Virus record (IMG/VR): IMGVR_UViG_3300028422_001962
Location: 1 to 64,000 of that record
Length of the DNA: 64,000 nt
Source: a virus
Direction: 5' to 3' (one strand)
Shown in pieces: positions 29,276 through 38,304 of this stretch (positions are counted from its first letter, which is position 1; every line of letters starts with the position of its first letter). The position numbers and the translations under genes are program-made. The notes below the pieces were generated by a model. That model worked only from the letters and a program-made list of their open reading frames with translations. It was not told where the DNA came from and did not search any database.

Positions 29276-30601
29276 ATGTTTTACTGGAAAGGCAAGACTG
29301 AAAACAATCTGACATTGACTGAAGAACTGCTTTCATGTGGCTCAATTAAATCAATTCAAATAGCCACAGCTTTTATCTCCGCCGAAGGTGTTGCAATTGT
29401 GCGTCAACTCCTGGAGAAGTATCAGCTTTCAAAGGAACGCATCTTGCTCTATTTATCCGAGCAATTCTCGTCCGACAAACCGGGGGATTTGCTTGAACAG
29501 TTATTTGAAATTAGCACTGTAAAGGTTTTGTTTGACCAGAGCTTTCACGCCAAGGTGTTCTTGCTTTCCGGAGTAGAAACCAAACTTATTTATGGCTCGT
29601 CGAATTTAACGGCGGGCGGTTTTACCCGAAACATGGAATTTGATTATATTGGAATACCCTCCAAAGAAGAATTAGAGAAAGTCCTTGAATTTTTCAGATA
29701 TTGCGACAGGCTTTCAACTGCGGTCAGCAGTGAAGTGATAACTTACTATAAGGAACTGCAACCTGCACTTGATGAGTTAAATCAAACACAGTGGTTTCTA
29801 AAAAAACGTCTTACTGGTTTTTCTAAAAAAGAAGATCCATTTCGTGAAGATGATTATGATTTGTCAGACAGCTACTTTTCTTTTGAGGACTACGAGACAT
29901 TTTTTTCACGCAACGCTCAAAGTAACGATGCCCAAATCCGCCACCGTAGATTAAGCGTTCAACAAAAAATGCTTGCTGTCCACCAAATGATATACCCTAA
30001 AATTAGAAGTCTTGGTATTGCACATCATAAACGAGAGAAAAATATCACTTCAACCGTCGAACCAAACATATATAACCACCATTCCGTGGGCTGGATTGGC
30101 GTTCGGTACGGGAAATTACCGCATGAGATTGACTGGCTTAACGCTGGACGCGAAAGTGATGACGATGCTTATGGCTTCCAAAAGCATGGTTGCTTACAAT
30201 TCAGCATCAACAGTGGTGGGTTTGATATAAATCTGTTTTTAGCAGTTCGAAATGATGCGATAGACCGCATGAAACTCAGTGAGCATCAATTTAAAATGCT
30301 GTTTGAACAGCGCCCGCAGATTGAAACTGAAATGAGAAACCTTGTGGGACACGGCTTTGAATGGCGAATAGAAAATGGGGCAGAACCCTTTCGAGTTGAT
30401 AACGACCCAGTCGAAAATTTCTGTGACTGGTTTAAGGTCAATGACTCGGATGGATACGAATCATATTTGATAAAATATTACGAGCCAGGCGATCCGATAT
30501 TAAAAAGCAAAGAGAGCATTTCCGCTGAGGTTATTCGTGTCATGACGATGCTCCAACCACTATATGACACTATGGTATGGCGGCCGCTGAAAAAGTCGTA
30601 G
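29276..30601 (+). CDS. PLD-superfamily (NgoFVII-like) nuclease with C-terminal domain
   Basis: ATAFIS, FHAKV..GSSNLT.GG..N.E; RBS AAGGAG before 29276. Confidence 0.8.
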   Translation: MFYWKGKTENNLTLTEELLSCGSIKSIQIATAFISAEGVAIVRQLLEKYQLSKERILLYLSEQFSSDKPGDLLEQLFEISTVKVLFDQSFHAKVFLLSGVETKLIYGSSNLTAGGFTRNMEFDYIGIPSKEELEKVLEFFRYCDRLSTAVSSEVITYYKELQPALDELNQTQWFLKKRLTGFSKKEDPFREDDYDLSDSYFSFEDYETFFSRNAQSNDAQIRHRRLSVQQKMLAVHQMIYPKIRSLGIAHHKREKNITSTVEPNIYNHHSVGWIGVRYGKLPHEIDWLNAGRESDDDAYGFQKHGCLQFSINSGGFDINLFLAVRNDAIDRMKLSEHQFKMLFEQRPQIETEMRNLVGHGFEWRIENGAEPFRVDNDPVENFCDWFKVNDSDGYESYLIKYYEPGDPILKSKESISAEVIRVMTMLQPLYDTMVWRPLKKS

Positions 30602-30769
30602 GAGAAAGAATCAAATACCAACATGCGGTAAAAGTATCAACCTATTTTTGTTGGATGGAAAACCGATGGGGTGCATTGCATGCACTCTTGTCATCTGGAC
30701 TGGTGTAGTGTATTGAATTGCATAGGAAACTGACGGACACTGCAGGTTCGGTGTTTGAAGATAAGGAGC

Positions 30770-30885
30770 AAGGTCTCACTCGAAGTGCAAGACGAAACCA
30801 ATGACGGTTTCTCGCAGTAGGCTGTGCGGTCGGCGCCTGAAAACTGCCGGACGCTGCGGGTGCGTCAGAGCGGATTTGAGAAATT
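30770..30885 (+). pseudogene. Remnant of a DUF499 ATPase C-terminus
   Basis: Frame reads KVSLEVQDETNDGFSQ*AVRSAPENCRTLRVRQSGFE, resembling the recalled DUF499 tail; internal stop. Confidence 0.55.
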
Positions 30886-30914
30886 AAGCAATTGCAGTAC
30901 AGGAGGAAAGTTCA

Positions 30915-33890
30915 ATGGAATTCAAAAAGGAAGCCATAGGCAATAACTACTTAGCTTATTTTCCCGTAGTTGATGAGTTTCCAAGTGCAGACGAAGTAGT
31001 CTGCACTTGGAAACAAAACGTCTTTGATTATGTTGTCGAAACAGAATCGACTAAAGGTTTTCGCGCCGCGCAGTTAGGCGCAATTTTTGCGGTAAAATCC
31101 CATTGGACTATTTCCGAAGCCCCTGTAACTGTTGTTATGCCGACCGGTACAGGAAAAACAGAAACTATGTTTGCAACAATTGTGTCTGAATGCCGTAAAC
31201 GCACACTTATCGTTGTTCCCAGTAATTTACTTCGCCAACAGACTGTAGAGAGATGCTTAAAGTTAGAAAGGCTGCGTGAGTTCAACGCAATAAGTGATAA
31301 ATGCCTTAACCCAGTTATCGCTTGTCTCAATTCATCTCCGACGAATAAGAATGAACTAAAAAACATTATCGAGAGAAGTAATGTTATTATTTCGACAGCT
31401 TCGCTTCTAAGCGGTTTTACTGACGAATATTTTAATGTCTTGTCTGAACTCTGCGATACATTGATTGTTGACGAAGCGCATCATACTCCTGCAAAATCGT
31501 GGCATAGAACAAAGCTGAAGTTTGCTGGTAGGCTTTGCATCCAGTTTACAGCTACACCATTTCGAGATGATGGGCAAAAAATTGACGGCAAGATAATATA
31601 TAACTTCCCATTGTCACTTGCCCAAAAACAAGGCTATTTCAAGCCAATTAACTTTTATCCGATTCTTGAGTTTGACTACGATAAAAAAGATTTAGCCATT
31701 GCTAATAAAGCTGTAGAAATTCTTGAAACTGATTTATCAAATGAATATCCCCATTTGCTCTTAGTTCGCGCGTCAACCAAAAAGCGAGCTGAAGAACTAT
31801 ATAATCTTTACTGTCAACATTTTGATAAGCACAGTCCAGTTCTTATCGTCAGTGGTCAAAAAGGAAATAAGCAGTCGATTGCCGATGCAAAAAGCGGAAA
31901 AGCAAAAATCATTGTTTGCGTAGATATGTTTGGAGAGGGCATAGACATTCCTCAATTGAAGATTTGCGCCATTCATGACAAGTATAAATCAATTCCAATA
32001 ACTATCCAGTTTATCGGGCGTTTTGCACGCTCGCAAGGCAATCTTGGTAATGCTTCGGTCGTAGCTAATATTGCAGATGATGATATCGAAGATGCCTTGC
32101 AGGAATTGTATTCACAAGACGCGGATTGGAGCGAACTCCTAAAGAAAATTTCTGAAGATAAAATAAGCAAAGAGGAGCGGTTGCAAGAGTTAGTCAGAGA
32201 CTTTACGGGAAAAGAAGAAATTCCTATTTCACAAATTCGACCCAAAGTCAGTATGTTTATGTATCATACTGACGACAAAAATTGGAATTGGGGGAACTGG
32301 GATTCAGTTTTCAATCCCGAACACAGTCATTGCTGTGTTAACCAAAAGGCTAAGATATTAATTATCACGGAACGCGATATAAGTTCTGTTGACTGGACAA
32401 CCAGTAAAGACATAGTTGACCTTACTTGGCAATTACACATTCTATACTGGAATGAAAAGAAGAAAGTCTTTTTCATCAACACTACCGACAAAGGATTAGC
32501 TGACCGTTTTGCCTCAGCAATATTTACTTCCAAGAAACGAAAAGCAGATGAAGATTTATTCAGATGCTTATCAGGTGTCAACCGACTAAAACTTGCAACC
32601 GTAGGTCTGAAGCCTAAGAACGGAGGGCATATCAGGTATCAAATGTATGCCGGTATCGATGTAGAAGCTGGACTCACTGAAGCACAAAAAGTGAATGTGA
32701 GAAAGTCAAATCTATTCGGTGTAGGGTATGAAGACGGCAAAGATATTAGTATTGGGTGTTCTTATAAAGGTACTGTTTGGGCAAAGTGGGTAGAGACATT
32801 GGATTACTGGATTGAATGGTGTAATAAGGTGGCCGACAAAATTCTGGACAGCAGTATTAGCGTAGAGGAAATCTTAAAAGGCGCACTAATCCAAACCGTT
32901 GTCACGAGTCGACCTGACGCAGTACCATATGGAATTGACTTCCCTATCGAATTATATTTGAGCAGCTCATATTACTTAAAAGCTGGGGTCATGGATGACT
33001 ATCTGATAAACTTCGATATTGCATTAACAGTAGAAGATAACTCGTCACCACTAACCTTTTCGGTGTCAAATGGTCAAATGAGCGAGGAATTTACTCTTGA
33101 AGTGTCAGATAAATATAGTGACGGTTTTATGGTGTCGCACAAAAGCGGGGATTTAATATTGGTAAGCGACAGGAAGAAGGAACGGTATTTATCGGAATAT
33201 TTCTGCGAAAACCCGCCTGAAATACGGTTTTGCGACCAGTCATCGCTTGATGGAAATCTATTAACGCGAGCAAAAATTCATGATACAAAATTTAGCAATG
33301 GCAACATCACTGTGCTTAACTGGGATGGGGTTGACATAAAGAAGGAATCACAATGGCAGACTGGCATAGGTGTAAAAGCAAATGATAGTATCCAATATAA
33401 AGTGATTTCTATGCTGAAATCAACGAATAAATATGCCGTTATATTTGATGATGATGACAAGGGCGAAATCGCCGATGTTGTTGCAATAATTGAAGAGCCA
33501 ACAGCAATCAGGTTTGAATTGTACCATTGCAAGTTTTCTGGCGGAGGTGAAGCAGGCTTCCGAGTTAAGGATTTGTATGAGGTTTGCGGACAAGCGGAGA
33601 AGTGTGTGAACTGGTATCCTCGCATAGACAAACTTATAGACAGGTTGATTGAGAGAGAAAGCAAACGACTGTCAAAGCCGCAAGGTACTCGCTTCGAAGT
33701 AGGTGATGGCAAGACACTTCAATCGCTCAAAAAGAAACTTAAATTTTTTAGACCTGAATTTAGTGTATACATTGTACAGCCGGGTGTTGACAGCAAAAGA
33801 ATAACACAACCTATGCACGATGTACTATGTAGTGCTTCATCTTATCTTAAAGAAACATATGCCATACAGTTGCAGCTGATTTGTTCTTGA
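30915..33890 (+). CDS. SF2 (ResIII-like) helicase with C-terminal PD-(D/E)XK-like nuclease
   Basis: MPTGTGKT, VDEAHH, FTATP, EGIDIP, QFIGRFAR; C-terminal GEIADVV..LYHCK..YEVCGQA. Confidence 0.82.
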   Translation: MEFKKEAIGNNYLAYFPVVDEFPSADEVVCTWKQNVFDYVVETESTKGFRAAQLGAIFAVKSHWTISEAPVTVVMPTGTGKTETMFATIVSECRKRTLIVVPSNLLRQQTVERCLKLERLREFNAISDKCLNPVIACLNSSPTNKNELKNIIERSNVIISTASLLSGFTDEYFNVLSELCDTLIVDEAHHTPAKSWHRTKLKFAGRLCIQFTATPFRDDGQKIDGKIIYNFPLSLAQKQGYFKPINFYPILEFDYDKKDLAIANKAVEILETDLSNEYPHLLLVRASTKKRAEELYNLYCQHFDKHSPVLIVSGQKGNKQSIADAKSGKAKIIVCVDMFGEGIDIPQLKICAIHDKYKSIPITIQFIGRFARSQGNLGNASVVANIADDDIEDALQELYSQDADWSELLKKISEDKISKEERLQELVRDFTGKEEIPISQIRPKVSMFMYHTDDKNWNWGNWDSVFNPEHSHCCVNQKAKILIITERDISSVDWTTSKDIVDLTWQLHILYWNEKKKVFFINTTDKGLADRFASAIFTSKKRKADEDLFRCLSGVNRLKLATVGLKPKNGGHIRYQMYAGIDVEAGLTEAQKVNVRKSNLFGVGYEDGKDISIGCSYKGTVWAKWVETLDYWIEWCNKVADKILDSSISVEEILKGALIQTVVTSRPDAVPYGIDFPIELYLSSSYYLKAGVMDDYLINFDIALTVEDNSSPLTFSVSNGQMSEEFTLEVSDKYSDGFMVSHKSGDLILVSDRKKERYLSEYFCENPPEIRFCDQSSLDGNLLTRAKIHDTKFSNGNITVLNWDGVDIKKESQWQTGIGVKANDSIQYKVISMLKSTNKYAVIFDDDDKGEIADVVAIIEEPTAIRFELYHCKFSGGGEAGFRVKDLYEVCGQAEKCVNWYPRIDKLIDRLIERESKRLSKPQGTRFEVGDGKTLQSLKKKLKFFRPEFSVYIVQPGVDSKRITQPMHDVLCSASSYLKETYAIQLQLICS

Positions 33891-34032
33891 TCGCTAAAAT
33901 CAAAAGAACATCAGAATTTAGAAAATTCGCTGCGAAGGACAATCAGCGATAAGGGTGTCCAACTTTTAACGATTTGCATTCGGGTGGTGGATTTTATCAA
34001 TATGGTAGGACATGAACCTGTACGATATAATT

Positions 34033-34320
34033 GACTTGTTTCCCAGAACGGATAAAAGCATAAAAGTTCAGTGGACATGTTTCCACGCACGGATAATGCC
34101 CATAAAAACCACTATCGACATATTCCCACGAACAGAAAATCAGCAAAACACATACCAGACATCAATCTGATGCTATCGTTCCACGTTGAGACGGTCGTAT
34201 TGATAACAAGGGTTAACAAGCAAGTGTAGTAAGAAGCCTGTAAACAAAGGCTTTCAAAGGTTTGAGAGTGAAAAATCGAAGTGATAAAAACGTGAAAATA
34301 TCTGTTCGCGGGAACAAGTC
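34033..34320 (+). repeat. att junction between elements 1 and 2
   Basis: Three 20-bp motifs (34033, 34074, 34117) plus an inverted copy at 34301-34320; ~180 bp homologous to 61497-61672. Confidence 0.85.
34182..34229 (+). pseudogene. rlmD: rlmD/rumA 3'-end replacement fragment
   Basis: Encodes HVETVVLITRVNKQV*, matching the RlmD C-terminus after (VDMFPxT). Confidence 0.8.
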
Positions 34321-34352
34321 CAAAGTCATGATTTTGAACGTGACAGAGCGAT

Positions 34353-34466
34353 TTAGATGTCGGTGCTTAGTGAGTGGTTGGGAATGGTGTGCAGCGCTAC
34401 GCTGATGTCCTCGGCAAGCTGCTTTCTCTGCTTGCCTGTGATGTTGTAGGGTATTGTCATTTTCAT
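34353..34466 (-). pseudogene. Truncated phage gene fragment
   Basis: MKMTIPYNITGKQRKQLAEDIS.. with RBS GGAGG; stops after 37 codons beside the att junction. Confidence 0.45.
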
Positions 34467-34776
34467 GTAAAAATCCTCCGTTCTTTTAATCTTCTTAAAA
34501 GGCTGTCGCGTTTTGCGACTCCCTTTGCTCGATGGGCTGTACCAATGGACGCTGAACACTTCGTTCACCGTTCCGGTCAGCCCGGTTCCTTCTTTTCGGT
34601 ATGTGTATATTCGCTCTGAATGCACAGAATAGCAAGTCATTTTCGAGAGATGTATCAGAAAATTAAAAGTTTTCCGCAGGACATTTTCTTATAATGTGCG
34701 AAACAGTATTGTATTTTGAGATATTTTGTGCTATTATATAGTTTAGATTATTGTGTATTAAGGCTGGAGGCGTAAT

Positions 34777-34989
34777 ATGGCTACCTCATATAACAAGCTA
34801 TGGAAACTGCTCGTAGACAAGAAAATGAGCAAGGCCGACTTGCGAAAAGCCTCCGGTGTGTCTCCTAACACGATGACAAAACTGCGCCGGGACGAGCCGG
34901 TCATGCTGAGTGTGCTGGACAAGATATGTAAAACGTTGGATGCCAATTATGGGGACATCGTTGACTATGTGCCGGATGATACTTTTTAA
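34777..34989 (+). CDS. HTH_26/Xre regulator
   Basis: TSYNKLWKLLVDKKM..LDKICKTL; paralog of 17904-18110. Confidence 0.9.
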   Translation: MATSYNKLWKLLVDKKMSKADLRKASGVSPNTMTKLRRDEPVMLSVLDKICKTLDANYGDIVDYVPDDTF

Positions 34990-35072
34990 TGTTACTATGA
35001 GGAATGAAAATAAAACTTCTTACGTATCAAGCTTGTTCAAATATAAGAATTAATTGATGGGAGTGATAATTT

Positions 35073-36245
35073 ATGGCGCAACTTGCCGAAATCATCAAGT
35101 ATGAAGGAGATAATTCTACCTTCATATGGAAGCATCCTTGTGAGGACTTCAACACAACTACACAGTTGATTGTTCATGAGTCGCAGGAAGCGATATTCTT
35201 TATGAACGGTCAGGCGTTAGATTTGTTTGGAGCGGGTCGGTACACGCTCGAAACCGAAAATATCCCGCTCATCAAGAAGTTTCTCAACAAACCGACAGGC
35301 GACAAAACGCCGTTTCATTGCGAAGTCTATTTCATCAATAAGACCGAGCAGATGGCGATTCGCTGGGGAACCGACAGCAAGGTGCAGTATGTAGAACCTA
35401 CATATAAATTCCCGCTTTCCATTGGTGCAAGCGGTGAAATGGCTCTTTCTGTTGACGATTCGCGAAAACTACTCGTCAGACTCGTTGGCACGGAGCGTGT
35501 TTTGGAACAACCAAAGCTGGTGGCTTTCTTCCGGGCTTTCCTGATGACGAAGGTAAAAACCTACATTGCACAAACAATGAAAGCCAGTGCTATCAATATA
35601 TTTGAGATTGACGAGCATCTAGAGAGCTTCTCCACGGAAATCAGGGAACGCCTGATTAAAGACTTCTCGGATTACGGTGTTGCACTGAAACGCTTCTTCG
35701 TCACCACGATTGTGAAGCCGGACGGTGACCCTACATATGAGAAGTTCAAGGATTTGCATTACAGGCAATACGCCGATGTTGCTGAAGCCCAACTTCAACA
35801 GAGAGTAGGCATCATCGAACAGCAAACCGAAGCCCAGCGTATGGTGATTGAGGCTCAGGGAATCGCACAAAAGCGAACTACCGAAGGTTACTCCTACCAG
35901 CAAGAGCGTGGATTCGATGTTGCTGAAAAGGTTGCCGCAAACGAAGGTGCTGGGAACTTCAGCAGTGCAGGAATCGGATTAGGCATGATGGCTGGAATCG
36001 GTGGTGCGGTCGGCGGCGCAGTAAGTGGCACCTTCAATGAAGCATTCGCTTCGATTGGAACGCCGAACGCTTCCGCTCCTAATCGGTTCTGTGACGCTTG
36101 TGGTGAGGAAATCACCCCCGGCGCGGCATTCTGCGATAATTGCGGAACTCAGCTAAGTTTACCTGATGTGTGCAATAAATGCGGGTTCAAGTTCATCAAG
36201 CCCGGCAAATTCTGCCCTAAATGCGGCACAAAGAGGGAGGGATAA
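35073..36245 (+). CDS. SPFH (band 7-like) protein with C-terminal double zinc ribbon
   Basis: QLIVHESQEAIF..G.YTL.T.NIP..PF.CEVYFIN..WGT; Gly-rich GIGLGMMAG; four CxxC pairs. Confidence 0.85.
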   Translation: MAQLAEIIKYEGDNSTFIWKHPCEDFNTTTQLIVHESQEAIFFMNGQALDLFGAGRYTLETENIPLIKKFLNKPTGDKTPFHCEVYFINKTEQMAIRWGTDSKVQYVEPTYKFPLSIGASGEMALSVDDSRKLLVRLVGTERVLEQPKLVAFFRAFLMTKVKTYIAQTMKASAINIFEIDEHLESFSTEIRERLIKDFSDYGVALKRFFVTTIVKPDGDPTYEKFKDLHYRQYADVAEAQLQQRVGIIEQQTEAQRMVIEAQGIAQKRTTEGYSYQQERGFDVAEKVAANEGAGNFSSAGIGLGMMAGIGGAVGGAVSGTFNEAFASIGTPNASAPNRFCDACGEEITPGAAFCDNCGTQLSLPDVCNKCGFKFIKPGKFCPKCGTKREG

Positions 36246-36248
36246 AGA

Positions 36249-36923
36249 ATGTCGAAGAATAAAAAGTTAGGGTACATAGTATTAGCCATATCGTTTGTCC
36301 TTTTCAATGTTATCGCGTTCGCAGTTCCGACAGACAAGACTTCCGCATTTTGGATCGCGTATGCCTTTACAGTAATCGCTTTTTCGGCACAGATATTTAT
36401 ATGGAATCTGGCATTCAGCAAGGCTGGAACACTCAAAAGTAAATTCTTAGGGTTACCAATAATCCATGTTGGTATTGTTTATCTGATAATCCAGCTAGTC
36501 GCATTCGGTGTATTCTTAGCTCTTCCGTGGATTGCAAACTGGATTTCGATAATCAGTTGTGCCGTTATTCTCGGAGGTTCTGGAATTTGCTTGATAACTT
36601 CAGAGGTTGGGAGAGAAGAAATTGCACGGGTAGAAGAAAAGGTTCAGCGCAAGATTTCAGCAATCAAGGGCTTGCAAGCTGATGTTGAATTGATTGCCGA
36701 GACGCAATCAGATGCCGCCGCAAAAGAGGCTCTCGAAGCCCTCGCGGATAAACTTAAATACAGTGATCCGATGAGCGACGATTCACTGGTTCCTATTGAA
36801 GATAATATTAGCGCAAAAATAACCTCTCTGAAAACTCAGCCAACAGCCGACATTTTGAACTCGGTTAAGCAAATAGAAATGTTGCTGTTGGAACGAAATA
36901 ATAAATCAAAGCTATTGAAATAG
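36249..36923 (+). CDS. 4-TM membrane protein with cytoplasmic helical domain
   Basis: Four hydrophobic segments; KYSDPMS motif; 3 bp after the SPFH gene. Confidence 0.8.
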   Translation: MSKNKKLGYIVLAISFVLFNVIAFAVPTDKTSAFWIAYAFTVIAFSAQIFIWNLAFSKAGTLKSKFLGLPIIHVGIVYLIIQLVAFGVFLALPWIANWISIISCAVILGGSGICLITSEVGREEIARVEEKVQRKISAIKGLQADVELIAETQSDAAAKEALEALADKLKYSDPMSDDSLVPIEDNISAKITSLKTQPTADILNSVKQIEMLLLERNNKSKLLK

Positions 36924-36935
36924 GAGGGAATAACT

Positions 36936-38228
36936 ATGGCGGCACTTGTTTGCGATATTTGTGGAGGCAAATTGACAATGGGTTCCGGCGGCATCGCGGT
37001 TTGCGATAGCTGTGGGATGGAGCACACTAAAGAACGTATGCAGGAGAAAGTTCAAGAGATAAAAGGTACTGTCCGTATAGATAACTCTCATATGACTGAC
37101 AGCTGGATGAAAATGGGTCATGCTGCGGCATCTGCGGGCAACCATAAAGAAGCATATGAATATTTCACTAAGGTAATAGAAGTTGATTCGGAAAATTGGC
37201 GTGCTATATATGAGAAAGGTAAAGCGGGTGCTTGGCAGTCTACGCTCGGCAACTTGCGAACCTCTGAAATTTACCAAGGCATTACATTGGCTCTTGAAAT
37301 TATAAATCGCTCCAATTTGACAGAAGCCGAAGTTGTTGACTTAAAGAATGAGTTTGCCGTTGCTCTATTTAATATTAACAACGCCATTACAGATTTAATG
37401 GAACAAAATCTATCCGAGTTAAATGATAAATATTTTGATTCGCATTGGGATCAAATGTGGAATACAAGACAGCGTTACCTCACAAATGTAGAGCAGTTGG
37501 AAGATGCATTAAGTTTGATTAGTGACTTAGAAGATGATTTGTCAAAAGGGAATGTTATCGAATTTAAGAAGAGAATGTGTGCAGACTTAAAAAACGCCTG
37601 CGAATCAATTCAATATTGGACGGATTACTCAGAATCGTCGTTAGGCTACTTGGGCTTCTCAGCATCCGAAAAACAAATATATTTGGATAAATTTTGGAGT
37701 CTGGCAGATGATATTCGGTTAGTTGAGCCAGATTATGCCACAACGAAATACAGTCAACCGGATCCGTTTAATGCGGGATATGAATCTAACCGTGCGGATA
37801 GAATTATGCAATATTGGCAGAAGCAAGATGATGAAAGGCGATTGAAGAAAAAGAGAGAAGCACAAGAAAAACGATTCACAGAATACTGGAATGCACACCC
37901 AGAAGAAAAGGCAATGCTTGAAGCTGAAGCTCAAAGCCTTACCCAACAGATAGTCGTACTTAACACGGAAATCAACAACGTTCCCGGGAAAGCGGAAATT
38001 ACGAATATACAGGGCAGAATAAGCAAACTAAAGACCGACAAGGACGCTCTGAGTATCTTCAAAGGCAAAGAGAAGAAAGCTATTCAGGAGCAAATCGATG
38101 CTGCTACTTCGGAACTTAATGGTGTGCAGTCACGCCGCAATGCCGCTATCGAGGATATAAATCGGAAAATTGCTCCTTTGGAAAAGCGCAAAGTGGCAAT
38201 TGCGGAAGAGTTTACCAAAGATAGATGA
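36936..38228 (+). CDS. Zinc-ribbon, TPR and coiled-coil protein
   Basis: CDICGG..CDSCG; AYEYFTKVIEVD TPR-like; long C-terminal heptads. Confidence 0.75.
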   Translation: MAALVCDICGGKLTMGSGGIAVCDSCGMEHTKERMQEKVQEIKGTVRIDNSHMTDSWMKMGHAAASAGNHKEAYEYFTKVIEVDSENWRAIYEKGKAGAWQSTLGNLRTSEIYQGITLALEIINRSNLTEAEVVDLKNEFAVALFNINNAITDLMEQNLSELNDKYFDSHWDQMWNTRQRYLTNVEQLEDALSLISDLEDDLSKGNVIEFKKRMCADLKNACESIQYWTDYSESSLGYLGFSASEKQIYLDKFWSLADDIRLVEPDYATTKYSQPDPFNAGYESNRADRIMQYWQKQDDERRLKKKREAQEKRFTEYWNAHPEEKAMLEAEAQSLTQQIVVLNTEINNVPGKAEITNIQGRISKLKTDKDALSIFKGKEKKAIQEQIDAATSELNGVQSRRNAAIEDINRKIAPLEKRKVAIAEEFTKDR

Positions 38229-38304
38229 ATATGAGACAGCGTGTATAGATTTATATAAAAACGTACTCCGCGCTGTACTGATTTTTTTGAAAGGAGAGGT
38301 GTTT

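Larger units (their letters stand above)
1..34181. mobile_element. Element 1: PhiM46.1-like prophage (partial, left end outside window) with defence cargo, integrated at rlmD/rumA
   Basis: Gene order sigma-like, DUF2800, SSB, PolA, BRO, VirE, VRR-NUC, SNF2, HNH, TerS, ParB-MTase, C5-MTase on minus strand; right end at att-like junction before the rlmD tail at 34182. Confidence 0.85.

Noticed and set aside
18125-30601. Canonical DISARM or BREX
   Set aside because: No DrmA/DrmB(DUF1998), PglZ or BrxC recognised; methylase and partner are type III Mod/Res
34033-34136. Mini-CRISPR or guide-RNA array (20-bp repeat, ~22-bp spacer)
   Set aside because: Repeats mimic the rlmD attB half-site, and spacers are partly conserved between the two junctions; better explained as att arms
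38170-38304. N-terminal extension of the AbiH-like ORF
   Set aside because: Overlaps the upstream gene; strong RBS and the GNG.D motif support a start at 38305
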